Source: a virus
Lineage: Duplodnaviria > Caudoviricetes
IMG/VR virus record: IMGVR_UViG_3300035042_000037
Span: 1-58,598 of that record
Strand: one strand, 5' to 3'
DNA length: 58,598 nucleotides
The stretch's first letter is position 1. Every line of letters begins with the position of its first letter. The position numbers and the translations under genes were made by a program. Under the pieces are notes generated by a model, which saw only the letters and a list, made by a program, of their open reading frames with translations, had not been told where the DNA came from and made no database searches. Below are positions 47,485 through 58,598 of this stretch, in pieces.

Positions 47485-48493
47485 TTAGTTCTCCTGTTGG
47501 CTTAAAATTAAGTTACCACATGTTACTAAACTATCTTCCTCATCACTTGAGGGAATAAATACTAGTACATCAAAACCAACTTCTTTTAATTTTTCTTCTA
47601 CTTCTCTATAAGGTGTGTAAGTATTATAACCCGCATTAGTTTGAATGCCATTTTGTCTACAAGCATTATTATTATGAATAGGAGTAATCTTACACATAAA
47701 ATGTTCACTATTAAATAGTTTACTTAATAAATTAGCATCTATTTCATAATCATCAACTAAGGCAAAATTTAAACAATACTTCCTGCCTATTGGTTCTGGT
47801 AGTTTATTACAAATATCAGCAATATCTTCTAACTGATGAACACCACCATTAAACATTTCATCACGCTGTTTATTATTAGTAGAATTGATACTTAATTGTA
47901 ATCCGGCTTGTCCTTTATACAATTCATTTTTTATATTACACCATTCTTGCAATTTTGACAAGGTGTTTAATGAGTTTATTACTTTAGGTAAACAAGTGGT
48001 AAACACTGGATGAATAGTTTCTACTCGTAATCCCCAACTTTTCTGATAAGCTAGTTTGTTACACTGAAGATCTTCAGCTAGAAAAAACACATTGTCAGTG
48101 TTAAACATTGGCTCACCACATCTAGCAAAATGAATATTTAGCCTATCAGTATAGCACAAATCAGGATCAAGTGTAGTATTGAGATCAATAGCAGTTTTTA
48201 TTTATTGTTTCATATCTTCTACAGTAGCATTACCTCTAAACTTGATTTTAGGACAATCGCAAAACGTACAATTCATAACACAACCATACTGAGTACTGAT
48301 AGTGATCACCCATTTTTCACTAAGGGGTAAACATTCACCATTAGGTACTCCATTAATTTTGTTATAGAAACCAAGAAAATCTGCTTTAATATTTTTTGAT
48401 TTTCCATAATCACCGATAGAAAGAGTTTCTAGTAACCCCCTTAGAATAACTATCGGTGAACAAGAAACCAGTAGGGATTTTCTCTACTCTCAT
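47485..48493 (-). pseudogene. RlmN/Cfr-like radical SAM protein, interrupted
   Basis: ISTQYGCVMNCTFCDC upstream, then ARCGEP, LQLSINS and TCGNL. Extra G in the run at 48436-40 and an in-frame TAA at 48202-04. Confidence 0.8.
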
Positions 48494-48684
48494 ATCACTT
48501 CCTCCAAATCCAACAATTCAGCAATATCATTCATCAAACAAAATCCATCACATTCAGCTTCGTCATAATTAATTATTACTCCCATAGGGTTTACAACATA
48601 AACTGATTCATCACATTTAGTCAACAATTCATGTGCTTTTTTAAGTAGTAATTCCATTCGTTCAATTTCTTCTTGTGTTTTCAT
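48490..48684 (-). CDS. Hypothetical protein
   Basis: MKTQEEIERM..., behind a TTTACA-17-TATAGT promoter and AGGAG. Confidence 0.55.
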   Translation of the reverse strand: MKTQEEIERMELLLKKAHELLTKCDESVYVVNPMGVIINYDEAECDGFCLMNDIAELLDLEEVI

Positions 48685-48776
48685 CTCAAAACTCCTTTTT
48701 AAATAGTTAGTGTTTCCCTCACTTACAAATACACTATACACTGTTTAGAACAACTTGTAAACTATTCTTTTTGTTT

Positions 48777-50209
48777 TTATTGCCCTTTCATAGCTTTTTC
48801 TATTGCTTCACCAAAAGAACAACCACCATTATAATAACTAACTACAAAATCATATGTGCCATCTCCATTATCAGTAGCTTTAAAAATATCTTCAGTGTCA
48901 TGAAAACTAGTGATTAGTATTTCATATAGTTCATCGCCAATCATAACATATTTCTCGTAAAACTGATCCTGAAAATATTCCTCAATAGTTTCTGAGTATT
49001 CGTTTTTCATCTTAAGATAATCGTTCCATTGGTTCTTTTCTTTAATTACAGCTTCCATAAATGACTCAAGAGTACCAATTCCAGTGTCCACTTTCTTAAT
49101 TTTACCAGTATACATTACTTGTTCACTCATAACACTAACTCTCCTTATTGTTTGTAAGCTACACCTGCATGGGTGTAAAAGTTCCAGAATAAATCTTTAA
49201 TTAGTTGTTTACTATCGTCATCTAACTCTTCTGCTATAGATTGAATTTGATATTTGTAAGCATCAGTAGAACCGCAACTCGCATGTAGTTCTCGGTAAAT
49301 ATCACCTAACATTTTAGCTTGATTGGAATTATTATCATTAGCAAACTTCTCTACAACATCATCAGAAGTAATTTCTACTCTTATTGTTTTCTCAGTAATC
49401 ATTCTAACTCTCCTTACACACTAATCTTTAAACAAGGGTCGTTAAAGAATCCATCGGGAATTATACTATATAATTCACTTATTGTCATCAGTTTGTTGTC
49501 TACATATCGTTGAATTGTTTCAAAACTGTCATCCTCTGTAATCTCTAGACTAAATGTGAAATCTACAGAATTACCCCAGCGGTCAAATGTTTTCTTTACT
49601 CCAAACTGCACTTCAAAGTTATGTGTTTCTCCTACTACTCTGATTAGGAAATCATCAGTGTGAAAAATACAACTTATTTCTCCATCAATGAGTTCTGGTT
49701 TAGCACCATTTTCTAATAGTGCATAAATCAAATATGGATGCAATTCTCTAAACTCTAGGCAAGTTTTAATGTCGCAATTTTTTAATTTGTTTAGTAATTC
49801 ACTGAATGACAAAATATTGTATTCTTCTTCTTCATAGTATTTTTTATCAGAATAAATCAAATTTTCTTTAATAACAACACAAACATCAGTATAATAATTA
49901 AATACATTATTTTGTGTAGGTAATTGACCACCATGCCATTTCCATCCAACTTCTTCACACATTTTCATATATTCATCGTATTCTTCTTGTGTTTTAAGGT
50001 ATACTACGGTGTTTGGCATTTCGTATAGTTTCATTGTTGTTTTCCTTTCTATTTTTGCTTGTTATGTGTTCACGAATCCAAACTAAGTTGAACTCTTTAC
50101 CAAGAATCTCTTTAGGATCATAATTATAACGAATTATTTCATACCCCATATTCTTTAAATCTTTTATGACTGCATTTGAAACATTTCCTACTATGAGCAT
50201 TTTTTTCAT
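48777..50209 (-). other. Run of four hypothetical ORFs (48777-49130, 49145-49402, 49414-50034, 49994-50209)
   Basis: Co-oriented ORFs with GGAG-type RBSs behind a TTCACA-17-TATAGT promoter (50246-50274). Confidence 0.6.
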
Positions 50210-50285
50210 TTCGTTGCCTCTAACTAAAAGATATCATCTAGGTTTACTATATCACTATTTGTTGCTTTTGTGAACACTTGTTTTA

Positions 50286-51660
50286 TTGACGCTCCCCGGG
50301 GCAAGCCCACGGGGATTCGAGCGAAGTTTGATTACACATTTGCAACCCTTATTCGTTCAGGGTACGCCAGAATACCCTTTATCTGCTCAACGGTATTAAA
50401 CTGTATTGCAGTTACTTTTGATTTACGAGCTATGTTTATAGCTCCATTTACATCTGCATTAAGAAGAAAACCGTCTTTGCTTTGAAACAATCCTCTTTTA
50501 ATTCTTTTGCCAACATATTCATCGTGATGTTTTACTTCTTCATTATCAATTGCTGAGCATTTAGATGTATGAGATTCTTGAGTTTCAAGATAGTTTAATC
50601 CGTATTCTTGACACTTGGATTCAAGCATTGACATTAAATATCCAAAAGGAACTTGCACAAAGTTTTGATTGTTCCTTTTTCCAATATTTATTTTTTGTTT
50701 CCATCCTTTATTGCGCCCAACAATAATTGTTCCAATATCGTTTTCAATACAGTAATCAAGAATATGTTTTGCCGTTTTTCTCATTACATCCTTGATACGG
50801 TTTTCTCTTTTTCTCTTAAACAAGAATTGTCGTTTGGTATAGCCCTTGATGTTTTGTTTATCTTTAATGCCTTGCAATCTTGCATTCTGCTTGTTCCAGT
50901 AATAGTTAATTGATTTAAGTTTTTTCCCGTCCATTATGAACGCCCTATTATTTGAAACATCGTAGCAAGTAGCAAGGTTTGATAAACCAACATCAATGCT
51001 TAACACATTATCCTTACTAAGGTTTAATTCCTGTTCTTTGATTTCATAAACCACCTCCATTTTAAAGAATGTTGCTTTTTGTTGTGGGATTATTCTTATT
51101 TCAACAACATCTTCTTTATTAATTTGAGTAGGAAAATCTAAAACAATATTCTTTAATCCAGTCTCCTTTTTAAGTTGTCTTGATATACCAATATGTATTT
51201 TATTGCCTTTGATTTGAAAACCATTTTTAGGAATTATCAATTGAAAATATCCATCTTTAGGAAGATATTTAGGAATAGAAACTCTGCTTTGATATTTTCT
51301 TTGTCTTCTTGCTTTTAATAAACCAAAGAATGATTTAAAGCTCCTATCAACTATTTTAAGTGTTTGTTGACCTATCGCAGAGGGCAGTATTTGGTAGTTC
51401 TCATTTGTCTTACAGTGATGATAATTCTGTGGATATGATAGATATGTTTTAGTCTCAAAGAAATTTTGGCGAACACAATACAACCCAAAATTATATAGAC
51501 GGGCAGAATGCCAACATATCTTTCGTAAAAGATTGTATTGGTCTTTATTTAATCGTCTTATTTGATTCGATTGTGTTTTATACATTATTTATGCCTCTAT
51601 TTATTAATATCATATCTATAATATACTAACATATTCATAAACTGTCAAGTAGTTTTTTTT
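50286..51660 (-). mobile_element. Solo tnpB element (IS200/IS605 family); left end uncertain
   Basis: Right-end hairpin at 50293-50315 followed by GCGTCAA (end at 50286); own TTGACA-17-TATATT promoter (51620-48); no tnpA. Confidence 0.75.
50332..51585 (-). CDS. tnpB: RNA-guided endonuclease TnpB
   Basis: LYN..LY, PKYL.K, RuvC-I SIDVGLSNL, IIVG.NKGWKQ, ESHTSKCS and RuvC-III NADVNGAINI motifs. Confidence 0.93.
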   Translation of the reverse strand: MYKTQSNQIRRLNKDQYNLLRKICWHSARLYNFGLYCVRQNFFETKTYLSYPQNYHHCKTNENYQILPSAIGQQTLKIVDRSFKSFFGLLKARRQRKYQSRVSIPKYLPKDGYFQLIIPKNGFQIKGNKIHIGISRQLKKETGLKNIVLDFPTQINKEDVVEIRIIPQQKATFFKMEVVYEIKEQELNLSKDNVLSIDVGLSNLATCYDVSNNRAFIMDGKKLKSINYYWNKQNARLQGIKDKQNIKGYTKRQFLFKRKRENRIKDVMRKTAKHILDYCIENDIGTIIVGRNKGWKQKINIGKRNNQNFVQVPFGYLMSMLESKCQEYGLNYLETQESHTSKCSAIDNEEVKHHDEYVGKRIKRGLFQSKDGFLLNADVNGAINIARKSKVTAIQFNTVEQIKGILAYPERIRVANV

Positions 51661-54600
51661 TAGATTATTTTGCCAATTCATCCCCGATGCAAGCATAACG
51701 GGGTTTTCTTGGCAGTTCTTTATAACCATCCTTCAAAACACAACCATCATTAAATACCCAATTGTTAGACTTTGTCAATGTAAATTCGGTTACAAACACA
51801 TCCCAACTGTAATCTTTTTTCACTATACATTTAACTTTTATGTTGTATTTAGGTAATATCATTAATCCTCCAAACTACAATACACTACAGTTTTAACCAA
51901 TTCTTCTAGTGTCATAGGATCACCATTTAGATAATAGTATAACAGATAAGGAAACACTTTAGGATCAATAAAATTTAAATTGATATCATTTTGATTCTTA
52001 GTATCAGGGTTAATTGTAGGACTATTGATATTACACATGTGTCTTAGTGTACCCATAAAAAACTTCCACCAAGGCTTTTCCTGAGCTGCCTCAAAAATAG
52101 TACCAAATCCTTCCCAAGTGAAGTGATTAACATCTTTAATATGTAGTTGTTCATTGTAGTAGAGGTTGATTTTGTTTTGATCGGCCAGATTCATTGTTAT
52201 TCTTTCCTCCATTTTAACTTATTGATTAAGATTTGAATGTCTTCTAATAAGTGTCCTAAATCAGTATAGATTTCGTTATCGTCTTCATATTTACTTCTTA
52301 ACTGGATGATGTAATCTCTTATGTGATTAAGCATTATGGTTCTCCTAACTAACTGCAATTTAGGTCTTTTATCATTGACAAATTCATATCAGTACGTTGT
52401 TTTTCAAAATACTCTTCTGCATTATCGGCAATTTTATAAAAGTTTATCGGTCTTGAAAATCTTTTAGGACTAAGCATAAAATCTTCAAAAACTTTCATTG
52501 TTACTGTTGATCTTGATGTGTACATAGGTTCATTAGACCATACACCACCATCAAAACCTATTAGGTATGCGTCATTGTTCCCTGTCCATGAAAGAATATA
52601 ATCTTTATAATAATCTTCAGAAAACTCTAACCTAATAATATTACCGATTTTAAAATATTTGTCTTGGGGTTCTTCTTTTGGTTCGCTAACATTAGGTTCA
52701 CTACCCAATAGATTAGCTACTATTTCACTAAACTCATCACGGTCTTTTACAATATTGTTAGTAAACCTAATACCATTAGTAGCTAGTCTATTAATCAATT
52801 CAGCTACAGTCATGTTCTTAATCTCGTTATAATAGAAACTAGATTCATCACCACCAGCTTGTTTTACTGATTCTAATAGTGACTGATACATTTCTATGAA
52901 ACTTTCTTCTACGAATTGTCTTTGTTTATCATTCATCTCTAATCTCCCATGATTTAGTTGTTACTTGTTCGTATTTAATTACACCATTAATACAATCTAT
53001 TTGTCCTCGTTTGTATGCTGATCGTTAGCTGTTACTGGATTTAAATATAGTGCAAACATAGGTTACTCCTTTTCTTCCAACCAGTCTAAAATTTCCTGAT
53101 ACAAATCAACCACTTCTTCAGTCCTATTAGTAGTAGTAAATTCTACCCAATTAGGATTACCGTTACATCTAAATCTTACTAGATAGATATCACCAAATCG
53201 AGTATCAAACATAGTTTGAATATATTTGATATATCTGCCTTTAACCATGTTATGAGATTCGGACACTTTAGAATAGATAATATTCATTTGTTCTATAGTT
53301 AGTGTGTGTTTCATCTTTAATCCTCCCAACTAGTGCTATATTTTTCTACTAGTTCTACTCTTTCTTCATTGATTTCATCTCTGACTACACCCTGTATCCA
53401 CTCAGGTGCAACGCTAAACGAATCATAGACCTCAAACTTTTCCTCAGTGTCGTTAACGTCAGTGTAGTTATATTCTATCTTACCAGTAGTGATTTTGTCA
53501 ATCTCATAATCACCACCTACCCCAAACACTTTTTCATCTCTAGCACTATAAGAGTGTTCTAAATCTACTACTAAGTCATCAATATAGATAGTGTAATCAT
53601 TAGTCTCTACATCATAACCACCAATGTTCAATCTCATAATTTCCTCCATCGTGAAGTGTTATTATCATCAACTCACAAATACACTATACCCCATTTAAAA
53701 TCATTTGTAAACAAAAAAAGCACTAAGAAATAAAATAATCCCTAGTGCGTTTAAAATGAGTACTCCAGATCATATCTAACTTGTTTATTAGTAGAGGATC
53801 ACTGGAGTATAGCAACAATATTTATCGATAAGGGTATGTTTTTTCTGGTGGTTTTCCATGAAGAGCAATAAACATTTTTTCTAGTTCTTCATCAATCTTC
53901 TTATAGTTTATATGTCGTCCTTTTTGCATAAACTCATTTTTCTTTGTGTAATATTCTTCATACTCTTTATTAGGAATATCACAATTACACTCTTCACAAA
54001 ATGATTTACCACAATGTTCACAATAATAATGTGACATATAATACTCCTTAATCTTTCATGATTACTGTTTTTATAGTAGGCAATTTAAGATATTCTAGTC
54101 TATCTTTAGCACGATCTAAAGAATCATGTTCTCCAAGAAGAACAGTATACCAAAATGGTAACCACCACCTTTTAATTTGAATGTAGTATTCGACATTTTT
54201 ACCTTTTTTAATCTCTACAATTCTATATTTATTTTTCATATTGAATTCCTTTGGTTTTAATTGTTTCTCGTTCAATCCACAACTTCATATCAGAAAGCGA
54301 TGGTTTCCAATGCTCACATATATCTTGGTTGTAATATTTGTTATGCCACTTTCCTTTAGAACAATAATAATTACCAGTACAATCACTAAGCGTATGACAA
54401 TGTTTACAATTAACACATTTAGCAATAATTTCCATTTCTTTCATTTTGATCTCCTTCAAAATTCTGGTGTGATTTTATTCATCACAAAAAACTCTCTTGT
54501 TGTAATTCTATTGACTGTTTCTTATTTGAAACATCATCTTCAATTTCATCTAGTAGTTTAAGTTTATAAGCAGTTATCTTATTATCCAACCAAGGTTGTT

Positions 54601-55267
54601 GAGTGCGTTCGTACTTATAACAATCATCGCCATAAACATATCTAGCGCCATAAGAACCAAATCCACATTTAGGACAATCAATGCCATCTCTAAATATCCA
54701 TTCACAATGAGCACATACTCTTAGTTTAGCATGTTTAGACATTAGTATAACCCTCGCAATACTCCTGCGCTATCATAACCTAATTCATACAATAACGCTG
54801 ATATTTTGTCACGACAACTTACCCAATTATTTAATTCGTGCCTAAATGAGAAAGTTGTTCTAATTAAAGCTACCATTAAAACTGGATGTAATCTTTCCAA
54901 ATCAACAACATCTAGTAATTCATCACACAAATCAAATCCATATTGTTCAATATACTCACCAATACATCCAATAAATTCAGCAGTCATTATAGCGTCATTG
55001 ATTTGTTCTACATCATAAAATTTGTGTAACCAGTTAGTCATTACTTACCCCTTACTCGTGATATAGCTTCTTTTAGAGTATCGACCATTCCTTTTGGTGC
55101 ATCACGCCAATCATCTTTCCAATATCTAAATCCACTTGGAACACCATAATCCCACCACCTTCATCAAACCAAAAGATATTACATTGTTCACCAGTAGCCA
55201 ATGCTTTTATTTTTTGTAAATCTTTTTCTTTATTCATAAAATGTCATCCCTATCGAATCAGACTCAT

Positions 55268-55307
55268 AGTTTGGATTTTCTTTCCAGTTTGGATTTTCTT
55301 TCCAGTT
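55268..55307. repeat. 18-bp tandem duplication
   Basis: AGTTTGGATTTTCTTTCC twice plus AGTT, encoding NWKENP-NWKENP. Confidence 0.9.
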
Positions 55308-55469
55308 GACTGCAATAGCTTCACCTTTCCACACTTCTACACAATCTTTAACTTTCTGTTTAAATGTTCTACAAATAGTCCAATTTAAAGCTAGAGACGG
55401 AACCCAATAACCACTTAATTGTTCTTTGTCGTTACTACATATTAGATCTATAATATTAACACTCATATT

Positions 55470-55597
55470 TCATTCTCCATAATCTACAATTACAACTTCG
55501 CCATTGATTTTCCCAAAACTATCTTGCTATATGGGATTTTAATAGCCCATTTTCCACATAATATAGTGAGTCTTGTTGAACCTCTTAGTGTTTTCAT
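55470..55597 (-). pseudogene. Internally deleted kinase-like gene
   Basis: N-terminal GSTRLTILCGKWAIKIP joined out of frame to DSFGKINGEVVIVDYGE*. Confidence 0.45.
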
Positions 55598-55966
55598 AAC
55601 TCACTCCTATCACGATTAGGTGGCGGTGTCCATTCATCATTGTTATCTAATTTCGCTGTGATGTGAATCTGACTAATAGGTTCTTTAAGGCAACAAGTCA
55701 TTTCAACCTGCATTACTCCTTCATCGTCTACATATACTTTTTCGCATTTCGCTGTGGTAAGATCTAACTCATCCAGCCTAAATTCTTCGCCACATCTGGT
55801 ATTCAACAAATCATCTATGTCAAATTCTGTATCTAATTCCCTTAAACATATATCACATATGTTATTATATAAAACACTTTTAACTTTATCTAAATCAGAT
55901 AAAATTTTATCCCAACTAGGTTCAGTTAATTTACTTAACATATACATATTGTTTTTCCTTGTTTAA

Positions 55967-56527
55967 TTATAAAATTCTATTAAAGTGATCTATTTTAAGT
56001 TGCTTTTTAGATAACCCTTCAGTACTAGGAGCAATGATTTCAAAATCCTCAGTTAATATATTTTCACAATAATACTCATCTATTTCCTGTAACACATGTT
56101 CATTTATATATTTTCTCATGTTAGGATTTCGTTTGAGTATCTTAGTTAATTCGATTTTTTCATGTTTATATATTCTATCTGGTGTAGTATAACAGATGAT
56201 ATTACAATCATATAATACATGAGTACATGCGTACCACAATTTTTGTTTGTCGCAGGATAACGCATCATCCACATAAACAGTATCTATTTTTTGGCCACGT
56301 AAACCATCACTACTATTAGGAGTAAAAATTTTAGAAATGATAGAAGAATGTGTTATATGGTTTAATTGTTTTAGAATTTTTTCGGTTATGCTTTTCTTCA
56401 TGTCTATATTAGGAACCACAATAATAGAATTAGTATTCTGATTTTCCCAATCCGTTATGAATTTTTTTATTATTTTTGTTGTTTTACCCGAACGTCTTGA
56501 TTGAGTATAAATCTGTTTTGTTTTCAT
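55967..56527 (-). CDS. P-loop ATPase (terminase/helicase-like N-domain)
   Basis: RRSGKTT Walker A and LRG...D.VYVDD Walker B. Confidence 0.7.
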   Translation of the reverse strand: MKTKQIYTQSRRSGKTTKIIKKFITDWENQNTNSIIVVPNIDMKKSITEKILKQLNHITHSSIISKIFTPNSSDGLRGQKIDTVYVDDALSCDKQKLWYACTHVLYDCNIICYTTPDRIYKHEKIELTKILKRNPNMRKYINEHVLQEIDEYYCENILTEDFEIIAPSTEGLSKKQLKIDHFNRIL

Positions 56528-56540
56528 TATAATTCCTTAA

Positions 56541-57356
56541 TTATTTGATATCCTCAAACAACCTTTTTAACCCAACTATTTCTTCAGTAGTTAATGCTAT
56601 ATGTACTTTATCGTTTTTCCTATCTATTGTCAAATCAAATCCTTCACCACTCCACCATTCATTTAATTGAAAATGTGTACTATGGTCATGAAGAATATCC
56701 TTTACGGTCAATACTTGTACACTACTTGTACTCTTATCATGAAAAGTGATGATCTCTGATTCCATATCATCCTCTAAGAAGTCACTTAGTTGTGGTGTTT
56801 GAGTTTCATAACGCGATTTACTAATATTCACTCTTAGTCCGTTATCATAAACCAAAGTCAAATCTTTGTTTGCAGATTCATCCCAATATATATGATTTAT
56901 ATTTCTATTTGGTTCTAATTCTCTAAAATACACACTATTATTAATTCCAAAATCAAATACGATTAGATAATGTTTATCTCCTTTGGTACTAATAGCAAAT
57001 CGAAATGGGTCTTTGATATCTCCATGTATAGACTTTATGTTAATGGAATGATATTGTATATTTCCATCAATAATAGTTCCAATGTGTGTAGGAATAGATT
57101 CTATAATTTTTGATTCTAAATTGGTTGTATCATAAACACCAATATATTCTAAATTGTCGTTCTCGTTTTCAAAAGCAAATATAACATTATCATTAAAAAC
57201 ATTTAAAAACACAATATCCTTAGCATGACAACTATCAGTTTCTATCTTATCTTCTATTTGGTTTTCGTTGATTACAATGATCCCTTCATATAGTACTAAT
57301 ACTTCTGAACCATTACCTAGATTATATCTTTTCATTTTATTTGTCCTCCAAATCAA
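56541..57356 (-). CDS. Hypothetical protein
   Basis: Long ORF; C-terminal EWWSGEGFDL motif. Confidence 0.6.
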   Translation of the reverse strand: MIWRTNKMKRYNLGNGSEVLVLYEGIIVINENQIEDKIETDSCHAKDIVFLNVFNDNVIFAFENENDNLEYIGVYDTTNLESKIIESIPTHIGTIIDGNIQYHSINIKSIHGDIKDPFRFAISTKGDKHYLIVFDFGINNSVYFRELEPNRNINHIYWDESANKDLTLVYDNGLRVNISKSRYETQTPQLSDFLEDDMESEIITFHDKSTSSVQVLTVKDILHDHSTHFQLNEWWSGEGFDLTIDRKNDKVHIALTTEEIVGLKRLFEDIK

Positions 57357-57412
57357 GTTCTGTCACACGATCAGGTCTATCGTAATTATCGTGCATAGTT
57401 CATATTATCCTC

Positions 57413-57613
57413 TTATTCAGCAGAACTAAAAACGTTAGGTGCAAGTTGTTTTGCTAATTTACTGATAGCTCTTACTGACAATCCTTCTTTCAAGTTTTGT
57501 TCAGCCCATTTCTTAGCGTCTTCTTTACTTGTAGCTACGTAGTAAACGGGTTTAGGTTCTCTATCAGACCATACACTACTCTTCTTTGTTGATATTCTAA
57601 AAAGATGTTTCAT
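57413..57613 (-). CDS. Hypothetical protein
   Basis: 66 aa, TAATG-coupled to the upstream gene. Confidence 0.55.
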   Translation of the reverse strand: MKHLFRISTKKSSVWSDREPKPVYYVATSKEDAKKWAEQNLKEGLSVRAISKLAKQLAPNVFSSAE

Positions 57614-58377
57614 TATATCACTTTTGTTGGTTTATGGTTATAATGACATTGATACTTAATGCCATTATTCTCTGTTACAAAATAATCAACATGAAAATGT
57701 CCAAAATGCCATTCTTTAGGTTTCAACCCAAATTCATCAACTAATACTTGCATAGCCCTAGCCACCTGACATTCACATTTACTCTGATAATATTCTAATG
57801 TTCCTAAATTACCAACACCAATACGTTTCAGAATTTCATATCCAATACTATCAGGACAAGTGTGAGCGAATACATATTCTATATCAGGATTAGCTTGTAT
57901 TTGATCAATAATATATTCTGTTTCGGCATGATTCCAGTTTTCTTGTTTCCACCAACTCACATCAGGTATACGCCATTGTTTATCCTGACTTTCAGCACCA
58001 CCTAGTGACACACATTTATGACCATTAAAATTATATACTTCACCTCTTAGTAATTGATATAGTGGTTTATTATCAGTAGGGATAACTCTTACCTTCCCAC
58101 CAAACTTATGTTCAATTGGGAATTGTTCTAGTTCAGTATATCCTTCATGGTTTCCATCTACAAAACAAAATGTATATGATTTCTCACCTAACCAATTTCT
58201 CCAGTGATTATGTTGTTTATCTTTCTTGCAACCTATTTTATCCCAGATCAAACCAAAATCTCCTAATTGGATTAGGAAATCGTCGCTAGTTAGTTTCCTA
58301 CCTTCAGGCCAATTTTTACTACTAATTTTTTTGATATCCATACTACCATGGAAGTCACCTGTTACGTAAATAGACAT
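57613..58377 (-). CDS. Calcineurin-like metallophosphoesterase
   Basis: TGDFHG, LGDFG, DGNHE, GGAES.D, HTCP and HFGHFH motifs. Confidence 0.9.
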   Translation of the reverse strand: MSIYVTGDFHGSMDIKKISSKNWPEGRKLTSDDFLIQLGDFGLIWDKIGCKKDKQHNHWRNWLGEKSYTFCFVDGNHEGYTELEQFPIEHKFGGKVRVIPTDNKPLYQLLRGEVYNFNGHKCVSLGGAESQDKQWRIPDVSWWKQENWNHAETEYIIDQIQANPDIEYVFAHTCPDSIGYEILKRIGVGNLGTLEYYQSKCECQVARAMQVLVDEFGLKPKEWHFGHFHVDYFVTENNGIKYQCHYNHKPTKVI

Positions 58378-58380
58378 GAT

Positions 58381-58593
58381 TTATCCCTCTAATTCTTCTA
58401 ATTCCCTCTTTAATTCGTTTATTCTTTTATTTTTATTGAACTCTTTTAGTTTATCTGAAACACCATTATACCATTCAACTAGTCTATCTAGCAAGGGAAT
58501 AATTTGATCATCAGTAGCATAAAAAGTCGAATTAGCTTTATCTAAGAAAAACACATCAACATCATTGACTATATCATATAAACCAAAATTCAC
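58381..58593 (-). CDS. Hypothetical protein (start may lie beyond the window)
   Basis: ORF at the window edge with a C-terminal coiled coil. Confidence 0.45.
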   Translation of the reverse strand: MNFGLYDIVNDVDVFFLDKANSTFYATDDQIIPLLDRLVEWYNGVSDKLKEFNKNKRINELKRELEELEG

Positions 58594-58598
58594 ATGTT

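Larger units (their letters stand above)
51665..55947 (-). other. Array of small accessory ORFs (51665, 51862, 52349, 53063, 53317, 53822, 54048, 54229, 54482, 54742, 55230, 55594), several Cys-rich
   Basis: Densely packed, co-oriented short ORFs with GGAG RBSs; no recognisable function. Confidence 0.6.

Noticed and set aside
46138-48204. TAA-to-Gln genetic code reassignment
   Set aside because: Most conserved core genes end at TAA at their expected lengths, so the isolated stops are mutations or errors.
55967-56527. Second terminase
   Set aside because: Only a short ATPase-like domain without a nuclease; a full gp17 exists at 16181.

Overview
AT-rich fragment of a large T4-like myovirus genome. 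The + strand (1-23755) is a late virion module: GC-richer receptor-binding/tail-fibre cassettes, baseplate proteins, putative lysis genes, gp54, gp26/gp51, tape measure, gp13, gp14, gp17, gp18, gp19, gp15 and gp16. An IscB/omegaRNA element sits between the sheath and tube genes. The - strand (23798-end) holds repeated early-promoter cassettes, gp32-59-33-regA-62-44-45, candidate capsid-targeted internal proteins, a gp23/24-like paralogue, NAD-dependent DNA ligase, Rnl2, a solo TnpB and many small accessory ORFs, several decayed. The best candidate for a new system is a compact operon at 41712-45194: a T4 beta-glucosyltransferase homologue, a CofD/YvcK-HAD fusion and a nucleotidyltransferase. 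It suggests a self-supplied, non-standard DNA glycosylation pathway. Also notable: a T-TTT-TTA slippery site that could fuse gp26 to a gp51-like ORF just before the tape measure; IscB inserted exactly between an RBS and its ATG; and a three-way-junction RNA whose loop is complementary to that RBS. All calls come from motifs read by eye; no searches were run.
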